Positions 1 through 11,049 of a stretch of DNA of 39,495 nt are shown one piece after another; the first letter of the stretch is position 1, and each line of letters starts with the position of its first letter. The stretch is taken from positions 1 to 39,495 of the forward strand of contig NIVC01004648.1 in the NCBI GenBank assembly GCA_002269645.1. The letters are read 5' to 3'. The translations under genes and the position numbers were made by a program. This DNA is from Macrostomum lignano. Taxonomy: Eukaryota. The notes below the pieces were generated by a model. That model was not told the origin of the DNA. It did not search any database and saw nothing but the letters and a program-made list of their open reading frames with translations.

Positions 1-625
1 GCTCGATTGCGCAATCAGCGCTTGTTGCGGCGGGCGGGCGGGCGGGCGCCCCCGTCAGAGCTGAGCCGTGCAGACCGAATCGAAGCTGCTGGAGACCCAT
101 TGCGCAGATTGGCTTGGCTTGGCTCCTTTCTCTCTTCAGGGCTATTATCGGCGGGCAAAGCGGGGGCGCGGGAACGACAGTCGGAGCGGAACAAAGCCCC
201 CTGCCCCCCGGTTTTTCTCTCTTAGGCAGGGGCAGCTCGCGGCCCGCAACCCGCCCCCCCCCCCCTGTCGCCAGCTGTGGGATTTTCAGAGAGGAGGAAA
301 TGGGAATCGCGGGGGGACGAAGCCGAGCCCAGAGCCAGGAGAAAGAGAGACGCCTGGGACCCGGGGGCGCGCGGCGGTAACCCAATCTTCCTCCTCTCGC
401 TTCTCCTCCCCCCGCCCTCTGTTTCTTCCTCATTTCCCAAAGCCCCTTTTCATCGCTCGCCTCGCGCGATCCCGGCAGTTGGCAGCCAGCCTGGGCCTGT
501 CTCTCCTCTCCTTCCCCTTCCCCTTCATCCGCGCGCTCCATTTCCCGCGGGCCATTTCGCGCGCTGGCCCCGCCATGGAAGAAGCGATGGACTTACTAAA
601 CTGCTCCCCTTTGCCTGCTCCGGGT

Positions 626-686
626 GCTCCGCTCCTCTGCTTCATGGCAATCCCCCTGGCTCCGCTCCTCTGCTTCATGGCAATCC
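626..686. repeat. 28-bp exact direct duplication (gctccgctcctctgcttcatggcaatcc), period 33
   Basis: Copies at 626-653 and 659-686. Confidence 0.9.
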
Positions 687-1249
687 GGCACTGCCAATGA
701 GAACAAAGACTGAGGAAATAGCGGCGGTGTTGCTTTTTGCCTTTGCTTTTTTCGTTTTCGCTCTTTGATTTTGGAATTTCTTTTTCTTCACTTTTTGTTT
801 ATTCTTCTGTGGATATTAAACACGGTATTGTGAGGGAGTTCATCTCAGTTTATAAAAATAAAAATTCTCACGAACTCTACCGAAAAATCATATTTTTGAC
901 CAGATGTTTGCTGTCTGCTGGGGTCTCCCCTATTGTGTTGCTTGCGTTTGCGGAAATGGCACCGCTTCTTATGCATTTATACATGCATAAAGCGCATATT
1001 GACATTTGTAACAAAGCTACCGGCGCACAATTGAATTTGAACCCCCAAGTAAAACAAACTTCTTAGTTTGCACGATGACCCTCTTCTTTTGGTGCGAAAT
1101 CAAAACAGAAAGTTCTGACGGCCTGTCAGGTACTCAGTTCACTTGATGATGAACTAAGAACTTACTCAATTTCGAGTTTTGAGTACCGTTTTGAGTGAAT
1201 GCAATGCACATATAAATCAGTCAAGTGCAAATATTGTTGAATCAAGTGC

Positions 1250-1850
1250 AGACATGAGTGAATGCAGAGATGAGTGAATTCAATGCAGGGATAATTGAAT
1301 TCAATGATGAGTGAATCCAATGTAGAGATGAGTGAATTCCAAGCATAGATGAATAAATCCAATGCAAATATGAGTGAATCCAATGCAGGGATGAGTGAAT
1401 CCCATGCATAGATACGTGAATTCCATGCAAAGATGAGTGAATCCCATGCAGATATGAGTGAATCCCATGCAAAATTGAGTGAATCCCATGCAAAGATGAG
1501 TGAATCCCATGAAAATATGAGTGAATCCCATGCAAAGATGAGTGAATCCCATGAAAATATGAGTGAATTCCATGCAAAGATGAGTGAATCCAATGCAGAT
1601 ATGAGTGAATCCCATGCATAGATGAGTGAATCCCAGGCAAAGATGAGTGAATCCCAGGCAAAGATGAGTGAATTCCATGCAAAGATGAGTGAATCCCATG
1701 AAAATGAGTGAATCCATGCAAAGATGAGTGAATCCAATGCATATGAGTGAATCCCATGCAAAGATGAGTGAATCCAGGCAAAGATGAGTGAATCCCAGCA
1801 AAGATGAGTGAATTCCATGCAAAGATGAGTGAACGCAGAATTAAGTGAAT
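1250..1850. repeat. 21-bp minisatellite (gatgagtgaatcccatgcaaa), about 28 copies
   Basis: Direct reading. It explains the repetitive ORFs at 1162-1859. Confidence 0.95.
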
Positions 1851-2492
1851 AAAAAACAAGTTTATTACACTTGTCTTAGGCGATAATATTCATGAATTTA
1901 TCCTGAAATGCTGGATTAATTTTTTATTTTGTACAGAAAGAGATGCCATAATGAATAAGAGTAAAATAATGCATTGTTTTGCTTAAAACTGATTAAAGCA
2001 TTGAAGCAATTCACAGGCAATCACGCGTGAATTGTGATTAAAATAGCATGTTTTGACCGGGATATGCCAAATAAAAAGCAGCAATTGAATTTGACTGCAA
2101 TTATTATCAGACAGAATGCTAATGTACACGAATTTTAAGAAGTTCAAAATTTACAACTGACAGACACAGATAACAGCGATAGGGATAGTTTGAGAACAAA
2201 GGATTTCACATAAATGCTACAAGTGACGAGAAACTATGCTACAAACAGAGATTTAGAAACTGTTTAAATTATTTACATAAATATCGATATTTGTTAATAA
2301 GTAGCAACACTTGGAACGAAATTTGACAACAACAATTTAATTGAAGCTTGAATGTCAAAGATATTGTACTAATAGAGACTTAAGGGATTAAAGATTTGCC
2401 ATTTACAAGAAATCGATTGCTATTGAATCCTTTCTAATCTGTGTACAACATAGCAATTTGCCGTAGGTTCGGTCATCAGGTACAAAAAGCAG

Positions 2493-2778
2493 TCAATTTC
2501 TAGCATTACTGTTTGCTTGCAGCAAGGTACGGCATCGGTTCTGCAGTTTGTTAATCCTCTCAAATACTTTAACAGCTGGGCCCAGTTTCAGGCCGAGACC
2601 TGCGAGCACGTCCATTCGCTTCATCAGCATCAGAGAGGCGCCATCGATCTCTTGATCGACAAATGCCTGAGCAGCCAGAGGGAAGCCTTCGAATAGGAGC
2701 CAGGATTTCACTTGGGCGATGGTCCACTTGCTGGCGTCGAATGGATTCGGGTCGTCTAGAAATACAGGCGACTTCCTG
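2493..2778 (-). CDS. SAMD1: SAMD1-like protein, coding exon 2 (C-terminal SAM domain)
   Basis: Acceptor ctccag|cag| at 2780-2776 is phase-compatible with the phase-2 donor. Reads SRKSPVFLDDPNPFDASKWTIAQVKSWLLFEGFPLAAQAFVDQEIDGASLMLMKRMDVLAGLGLKLGPAVKVFERINKLQ, a SAMD1/SAMD13/Scm-type SAM. Stop TGA at 2495-2493. Confidence 0.9.
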
Positions 2779-2815
2779 CTGGAGTTGGGAGAGACAAATC
2801 AAGCGAATGAAATTA

Positions 2816-3205
2816 GCTTTTTACCATAGAAGTTTGAATTAGAAAACTAGATTTAATGGTCTATCTAGTTGGAAGCTTTTACCATAGACACTGGCTAGTT
2901 AAGGTGGTTTTACCGCTACCAGGCATTGGCTAGCTGGGGTGGAGTTTTACCATAGACACTAGCTGACTAACGTCTAGCTGGGGTGGGATTTTACCATAGA
3001 CACTGGCTGATTAACGTCTAGCTGGGGTGGGGTTTTACCATAGACCACTGGCAGACTAACGACTAGTTGGGGTGGAGGTTTACCATAGACACTGGCTAGT
3101 TAAGGTGATTTTACCATAGACTGGCTAGTTGGGTGGAATTTTACCATAGACACTGGCTGACTAACGTCTAGTTGGGGTGGGGTTTTACCATAGACATTGG
3201 CTGAC
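2816..3205. repeat. Degenerate intronic tandem repeat (ttttaccatagacactggctga...ggggtgg), about 9 copies of 30-45 bp
   Basis: ttaccataga recurs about 9 times inside the SAMD1-like intron. Confidence 0.85.
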
Positions 3206-3283
3206 AAGTCAGAGTCTTTGCAATATAGACTGTTGCATAAATTTAGATTTAGGCCCACGGTTTCTACCAAGCGCGTCACTCAC

Positions 3284-4945
3284 CTATTCACTGATCCGTC
3301 ATCCTCGATCTTCTGACAGGCTGAGCAAATCCACTTGGCCTCGCTAGCCGGCTTCTCCGGTATCTTCGGCCGGTGGCAGCTGACGTGGTAGCCCTTGTCG
3401 CAGGCGTCACAGATAAGCATCAGCTCCGCGTCGCCTGGATCGAGGCAGACGCAGCAGGTCTTGCACTCGGAGCACTGCCAAGGCGACTGGCGGGCTCGAG
3501 AGGCCAGCTCAACTGAGTAGAGCATGCAGCTAGGATGGGCCCGGTGGCTGCAGTCGCGGCAGGTTAGCAACTGCTCAGGGACGCCCATTCGATTAGCTCG
3601 GCCAGAGGACAAGCAAAAATCGCAGAGTTCATCGTCAGACTGCTGCTGATTAAGCTCTTGCTCAATCTCCTGCTCAGAGTCTTCCTGATGTTGCTGCTGC
3701 TGCTGCTGGGAACGCTCTTCCAGAGAAGCAGCAGATGCTTTGGATTGTTTTCGAGTTTTCTCTTTGTTGTGCTTTGACTTGGTCGTAGCCGGCGATTCAC
3801 TTGGTTGACTTTGGCGTCGCTCCTTCTGCTCGGTTGGATTTGGCGATCCGGCGGTCGCCGGCTTCTCAGCGACTACGGCGGAAGCGGCGGCTACTGCTGG
3901 GGATGCTGAGTCCCTGGCAACGCCTTTGACTCGCGAGATGACCACGGTTGGAATTGGTGGTAGGGCCTGCTGCGGTTGCTTAGTGACAGACGAAGGCTGC
4001 GATGTCGGAGAGTGCTCAGCAGACTGAGCCGCTGGCGTGGCCGTAGTGTCTGCCACAGAGACAGACGTGATGCAGTAAGCAGGTGGCGCAGTTTCACTAT
4101 TAGAGGAGCAATTACTTGAGCTGGAACTCGCGGTGGAGGCTGGCTGCCGCTGCTGCTGCTGAGGCAAGCAATGGCCAACTGACAAGTCCAGCGGTTCGCA
4201 CAGGTCCGACTGAGCTGGCTCGCTTGGTCTCGGCCGCTTAGCCTGGGGCGGGTGAAGCTGCTGCGACTGCTGCTGCTTGTTGCTGTTGCTTGTCTGCTGC
4301 TGCTTGTTGTTGCTGCTGCTGCTGCTGCTCTCCTTGCCCTTTTTGAGCGCCTCCTTATCGCGACGCTTCGATCCGTCCGGGTCGAGAGTGTACCGGCCGG
4401 TGGAGACGCGGCACAGTCCGCCAGTGGACGCCTCGCGTTCGAGCGCCATCTCCAGAGTTTCGCCCTGCAGAGGCTCCGCGCCTGGCGCCGAATCCTCTTC
4501 TTCAGACGTCGCCGACGGCAGGCAGCGCAGACGATCGGCCACGTCCTGAACGGTGAAGCCGGAGGCGAGCACGTCGGGCTGATCGCTGGCCAGGCTGCCG
4601 ACTGCGGCCAACAGGCGACGACTGGTGGCGCTGCTGTTCAACACGCTGCTGATGAGGGAGCCGCGGCGCCATTTTGAAGCATTCCGGTAGGACACGGAGC
4701 CTTTGTACTCGACCTTCAGCACCGAGCCGTCGTCAACTAGACGCTCGAGCAGCTGTACAATGGCCTCCCGTTGGAGACCGTGATGCCGCGTCACCATCGA
4801 ACAGATCCGATCAATATCTGGCCGGGCCTTCCGCTCGCGCAGTTTGTCAATGATGGTCAGGATCATTGTGCGGATCGGCTCATCGCCGAGAGCAGCCGCT
4901 GCAGCCGCGGCGGCTGCTGCTGCTGCGGCGGCTTTTTCCGCGGAA

Positions 4946-4981
<36 letters not shown>

Positions 4982-5295
4982 GACGGTGGCGGAGAAGACA
5001 TCGTTGTGGACGTGACAATGGCGGCTGCGTGTCCGGGCAGCTGCTGAGCGGCGGCCAGATTGTCCGGACGCTGTTGAACTAGCCGATCAACCGAGTGTCC
5101 GATGGAGGACTTGACCGGTGCCGGTGCATGACAGATGTTGTTGTTCTCGCCTAGGCTGGCACTGGTATTATTATTAATGGCAGCCTTTGCACCGCCGTGG
5201 TGATGATGGAGCTGATGGTGATAGCTAGCCACCACCTGCTGCGACGACAGGAAGCCAGGCGGGATGGCCGTCTGCACTGGCAGAGCGCGGGCCAT
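3284..5295 (-). CDS. SAMD1: SAMD1-like chromatin protein, coding exon 1 (SAMD1-type winged helix, second WH-like domain, double PHD finger); join(5295..3284,2778..2493), about 765 aa
   Basis: The ORF 3280-5511 contains IRTMILTIIDKLRERKARPDIDRICSMVTRHHG...YKGSVSYRNA, a close match to the SAMD1 winged helix including the RK pair. It also has a tandem PHD (CDFC...HPSC...CSECKTCCVC...CDACDKGYH..C...WICSAC). First ATG in the open frame is at 5295. Donor AG|GTGAGT after 3284, phase 2. The start may lie further upstream: there is an acceptor-like tgtataccag at 5345-5343. Confidence 0.9.
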
Positions 5296-5399
5296 TTGTT
5301 CTTTCCGTCTTTTTGAGAACTTTCTTTTAGGAAGCAAATTGGCTGGTATACACAACCAGACGGGCAAAAGGGAAGCAAGCTTCTTGGTGGGAGATATTT

Positions 5400-7400
5400 G
5401 CGACGCGCAACGCAGTCTGGGTACCGCTGCTGAGGAGAGCGACAACTTAAAAGCGCGACTGAGTGGGGGGGGGTGGAGGAGAGAGAGGAAGGCAGGGCCT
5501 CCGGGAAGCAAACAGGGCTTTGTGCGAGAGGAGGAAAAAAGAGAAAAAAGCCCGACGGAATTGAGGGGGCAGACAGGGCCTTTTTTCTAGTTAAGGCAGG
5601 CAGGCAAGGCTTTATTCCGCGGATCGCGGGCGGGCGCGCTAAACTCGGGCCGGGCCGTCCGTCTTCTCTTCTTTCTGCTTGGTGGCGGGCCGCGTCGGTG
5701 CCTCCCTGCGCATAAATAGGGGCCCACCGCCACCCCCCACAGCCCCAAGCCTAAGAGAATGAGGGGTCGGAACTGGAAGCGAAGAACTGGGGGGGGGGGC
5801 GGGTGACGCGCTCACTCGGTCCAGATCGCCCCCGCCGCTCTCCAGTCCGGCCGCCAACCCCGCCTCCCCAAACCAAAGCGGCCTCAGCCAGTGAAACGAG
5901 AGGAGAGCCCGCCGCCGCGCCGGGCCGCTCTCCAGAGCCTGTTTCGCGGGCCTTTGCCACCTTCCCACTCACCCCCCCCCACACGCAGCAGACTAAGGCC
6001 AAGGCCCGGTCCGCTTTTGCCCGGCGGCGGCGGAGGAGTGGGGCAGGGGTTGGGCCGCGGGTTTATGGCCCTGGGGCGCGCTGGGCCGTGCCGCTGACGC
6101 GGTCTTGGCTTCTATGCTTCGCTTCGCCTCCTCTCCTAGTTCTCCCGCGCTCCTGGGGCCGTGGAGCCGCCCCGCCGCCTGCAGCCCCTCAAGGCCAAAG
6201 CCGAAAAAAACTGGAAGAGAGCGCAGCGCGCTCAGCGTCACCGCCAGCCAGAGCCAGACAGAATGCTCCGGAAGAGAGCTCTCTTTCAAATCCCGCCCCA
6301 ATGCGAAATAAGTCAAACAGGGATGGTGCGGCCTTGAAGACAAAATAGACTTCTGATGATTGCCTAAAAATTAATAAGCTCCCCAGATTTCCTACTGATA
6401 AAAGTGGCACAGACAGACGAGTCATTGACAGGCTGAAATCCCCGGGATTTTTCCGGGGATCGAATTCTTAAACTGGACTCTACACAAGACGCCGCTTACT
6501 CTACAGCTCTCGCGCACCACCCCTGCAACCGAAAGAAGGACCTCCGTCGATGCTCGATGCAGCCGGTCAGTCATCCACCCGAAACCCCTCTGTCTCTCTC
6601 ACTCACTGCGCCAGACACTCGTTCGTCCTAATGAATTCTCCACTGCGCCGGCTCCTATCCTCGTGCGTCAGCCCCGCCTTGCCCGCGTTGCCTGTCTCTC
6701 GGTTGCCCTTGCCTGCCCGCCTCTCCCACCTCTTCTTTGCTCTTTCTCTTCAGTGTCGCGGCTGCTGCGGCCGCTGGCCTCGCCTGCCTAGACGCGCGCT
6801 CAACCCGGTTCTTCCTTCCTCTTCCTCTCTCTTTCTCTTTCTCTCAGCCGGCAGGCGGCCCAGCCATCGAGGGGGGGGGGGAGTTGAGCTAAGTAGCCCG
6901 AGAGCCTATATAGGTATAAGGTGGATAGGCGGGCCGTCCCCCCCACCTTTTTCTCTCTTTTTTCTTGCCAGCCATGAGCCTCAAATCCGCCGATGCGAGT
7001 CGCCGCAAGGCCGCCCCCCCCCCTGGGGTCTATTCATCTTTTCCCCTATATATCTATCTATATTGCTCATCCCTTATACCTGTATAGATTCCTCATTTTT
7101 TTCCACATCCTGCCAGCAGGAGCAGAATCTGAGCTGAGCCGAGCCTATAGCTATAGCTAGTCCCTAGTCCGCGCCACTTCCCCGTTTCCTCACCCCTCTC
7201 TATCCTCCCCCTCCCCTCGTCGATTCTTGATCCCCATTTTCCCAACCGCGAGCGCGCGGGTGCGAACGGAGCGCTCACGGGGATCAAGAGGCGAGGCGAG
7301 CAATCGTTCCTATAGAAAAGTTGCAAATCTCCCATCCTAGTCCTCTACCTGCCGCCTTCCACCCACCTAATCATTCGAACACACTGCATCCTGTTCTGTT
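5400..7400. promoter_or_regulatory. GC/CpG-rich non-coding block directly upstream of the SAMD1-like gene (promoter / 5' region)
   Basis: High CpG density, G-runs, no credible ORF. A perfect CArG-type palindrome CCTATATAGG lies at 6905-6914. Function is inferred from position. Confidence 0.5.
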
Positions 7401-7683
7401 TCTGCTCCGTTTATAAGGAATTGGGAAAGTAAATAAGGCTTCATTGCAGCAATGGCTATTTGGTTATGCGTGTATGGAGATCTCTCACTTAGATCTCTGA
7501 GATGAGACTAGCTTAGCTAATAGAAAGAAGATTCCATTTCGTCAAGCATGTGGCATGAAGACCCGGAAACTGACTGACTGGCTGTCTGCTTTTCTTTTAT
7601 GTCTGTTTGTCCTGACAGACAGTCAATTGCAGCTCATCTGTGGCTGGGTGTCGCTTCTCAATTTTCAAGGTCAGACATCAAAA

Positions 7684-7840
7684 TTGGGCGCCACTTTGAA
7701 GACTGAGCGTCATTTTGATGCTTTCGGGTCATTTTGAAGAATAAGCGCCACTTTGATGCTGGAGCGAGCGCCATTTTGAAGAATGAGCGCCACTTTGATG
7801 ATGGCGAACGTGCATAATGTCACTTGGATGATTGAGCGCC
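7684..7840. repeat. Decayed copy of the gcgcca(c/t)tttga minisatellite family
   Basis: gcgccactttga / gcgccattttga recur at about 20-25 bp spacing. Same core as the array at 20369-21368. Confidence 0.7.
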
Positions 7841-8660
7841 AAAATCGACACAGTGGCGCAACTTTACTATACTGATTGGGCGCCCAGATTGGAGCCTAAA
7901 GTGGGGTGCCCGATAGACCAAAGGCAAGTCCCCCTCGGGCCATCACGGCCCCAACACATGGCATCCAAAGTTCCCAACCTAACTAACTAAGCTGCTCCGC
8001 CTTAATTTCGGGTTTGTTGAATGGCAGCGGGGGCGGTCAGGAGAGAGGAGTGGCGGAGAAGAGGAGGGGAGGGGAAAGAGCGAGAGAGCGAGGGCGCGCG
8101 CAAGTGGCGCTTAGATTGCGCTGCTGGGCCTAGGGGAGTTGAGGGGAAGAGACTGCTTCTTCATGATGGCTGCTATGGGAAATGGCCACATGCGTGTGGG
8201 GCCCCCAGTTGGGCTGGGTCTGCCTCCCTTCTTCTTCCGTTCCTCGCAGTTTTAGGGGGTTAAGTAAGTCCCATCATACTCAACTCCGTTTAGTCCTGGC
8301 CTTGGGCGCAGCTGCATATGAGCGCTCCTTCTTCAGTGCTTTTCCGGCCCAGTGACTGCCGCTGCGAGGGGTGAGATGGGGGGTGGGGGTTGGGTTCGGA
8401 CTGCAGGGTTGGGGAGGAAGAGGAGGCGCTGTGGTGGGAGAATTAGCGCTCGCCCGCGCCCGCAGAAAGACTCCCGAGTTGTGACGGGAGCAGGTTGGGT
8501 CTGGGTGATTGAGAGAGACTGGCTCGCTCACTGCTGTGTTGACTCTTGGCTGTCATCTTAGACGCGCGCACCTCCTGCTCGTCAGACTGGACAGACTCTG
8601 GCTCATTCATTTTCCTCATTTCATTCTCCATGCCGTTGCTTAGTTAGCATTCGAGGGGCC

Positions 8661-8901
8661 GGAATGAGTGTTTAGGGGAGCTGGAACGGGTGTTTAGGAG
8701 AGCTGGAATGAGTGTTTGAGTGAGCTGGAATGAGTGTTTAGGAGAGTTGGAATGAGTGTTTAGGGGAGCTGGAACGAGTGTTTAGGAGAGTTGGAATGAG
8801 TGTTTGGGTGAGCTGGAATGAGTGTTAGGAGAGTTGGAATGAGTGTTTGGGTGAGCTGGAATGAGTGTTTAGGAGAGTTGGAATGGGTGTTTGAGTGAGC
8901 T
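8661..8901. repeat. 22-bp minisatellite (ggaatgagtgtttaggagagct), about 11 copies
   Basis: Direct reading. Confidence 0.95.
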
Positions 8902-9663
8902 GTGGTAAATTTTCTCAGTTGGAAAAAGTCAAGAAATTCTTATCTAAAAATGTTTACGAGACTCGTATATTGTTCAAACTGATTGAAAAACTTGCAAAAA
9001 CCCGGACGCTCAAAAATTGACTTGTTGAATTTGAGCTCATTTTATTACGAGTATTGCATTGCGGATTAGCACTCGGGCATTGTGCGTCTCGCAACTGCCA
9101 CCTTCGACCATCTCCCCTCAAAACCCCTGGAGGGTCCTGTCAGTCTGAACACCCCCCCCCCCCCGCGCGGCCACTTGAAAGCGTGAAGAGGAGGATCTGG
9201 TCAAAGCGCGCGATGTGACACAACGATGGTGATGACTCAACGAGAGAGAAAGAGAGAGAGAAAGCGAGCGAATTTCCCGCTGGCGAGGGCGGCCACTCGT
9301 CACCTGCATCGGGTTTGGCTTGTCTCGCGCGGTCCTGACATGCCAAGACCAGCTGGGCAGTCGTGCTGGGGGGGGGGGGCTTGCCCTTAAACCTCTATCT
9401 AAGCCTGAGGCTTATCCACTCAGTTTATTTTGCTTTCATTCATACTTATTATATACAGACAGTATGGGCGCAAAATGGGTGCCCAAGTTGGCTGTTGAAG
9501 TGAACTGAAAGCGAAAGGTATCATTAACTGACTCCGGTTGCGTTTAAAACAGATCGATCGCTTTCTTTCCGACAGGGTACATCGTATTATTCAGGCAGGT
9601 TTGCTAACTCGGCGCCTTCCATAAATAACATTTGGCAACCGTGCACTAATCAGTAGCGCTCTC

Positions 9664-10505
9664 GATAATAACCTTAGGCGCCATTGATAACTCGTAGCAA
9701 TATTCGGCGCTATTAATAACATTCGGCGCCATTGATAATAACATTTGACGCCATTGATAATAATATTCGGCGCCATTGATAATAACGTTCGGCGCATTTA
9801 TAACAACATTCGGCGCCATTGATAATAAAATTCGGTCCCATTCATAATAACATTCGGCGCGATTAGATATTCGGCGCCATAAATAGTATTCAGCGCCATT
9901 GATAATAACATTCGGCGCGATTAGATATTCGGCGCTATAAATAGTATTCAGCGCCATTGATAATAACATTCGGCGCGATTAGATATTCGGCACCATTGAT
10001 AATAACATTCGGCGCGATTAGATATTCGGCGCCATAAATAGTATTCAGCGCCATTGATAATAACATTCGGCGCCATTGATAATAACTTGAGGCGCCATTG
10101 ATAACAACCTGAGGCGCCATTGATAACAACCTGAGGCGCCATTGATAACAACCTGAGGCGCCATTGATAACAACCTTAGGCGCCATTGATAACAACCTTA
10201 GGCGCCATTGATAACAACCTGAGGCGCCATTGATAACAACCTGAAGCGCCATTGATAACAACCTGAGGCGCCATTGATAACAACCTGAGGCGATATTGAT
10301 AACCACCTGCGGTGCCATTGATAACAACCTGAGGCGCCATTGATAACAACCTGAGGCGCCATTGATAACAACTTGAGGCGCCATTGATAACAACCTGAGG
10401 CGCCATTGATAACAACCTGAGGCGCCATTGATAACAACCTGAGGCGCCATTGATAATAACCTGAGGCGCCATTGATAACAACTTGAGGCGCCATTGATAA
10501 CAACA
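9664..10505. repeat. 22-bp minisatellite (ggcgccattgataacaacctga), about 35 copies, with a variant sub-block near 9855-10060
   Basis: Direct reading. Confidence 0.95.
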
Positions 10506-10789
10506 ACTCAGTACTCTGCAGCTATCATAACTTGAGCTCTGATCTTAAGCGAGCTTATCTCACTAGCAAGTCAAACGATTTTTGAAAAGTTTCTTCTAGC
10601 TAGACTACTCGTAGGAATGCCATTTTTCCCCATTCACCCGTTTGGGACTTGACCCCGGAATCCGCCCCATTTAGTTCTCAAACCCCGGGTTTTTCCCGTC
10701 GCTGGGTTTTGACCACCGGAATTCATTCCCACTGGGTCTTGACCACTGGAATCTGCCTCTGAAAAGTCTGACATGACAGGAAAGAGATA

Positions 10790-11041
<252 letters not shown>

Positions 11042-11049
11042 GGACAAAG

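Noticed and set aside
5-16. Palindromic C/EBP site GATTGCGCAATC
   Set aside because: A single short motif at the window edge, with no assignable target gene.
1162-1859. Long ORFs on both strands
   Set aside because: They are translations of the 21-bp minisatellite, with no domain content.
2452-2480. Hammerhead-like CTGATGA-CCG aaccta CGG-CAAA in the SAMD1-like 3' UTR (minus strand)
   Set aside because: The catalytic G12 is missing (CAAA instead of GAAA), and stems I and III are not evident.
2733-2750. NPF motif in the SAM exon as a possible epsin terminal exon
   Set aside because: Wrong splice phase. The true NPF exon was found at 16939-16866.
4666-4679. Coding sequence gcgccattttgaag identical to the minisatellite core at 7769
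   Set aside because: A 14-bp match inside codons (ASKWRR); chance is sufficient to explain it.
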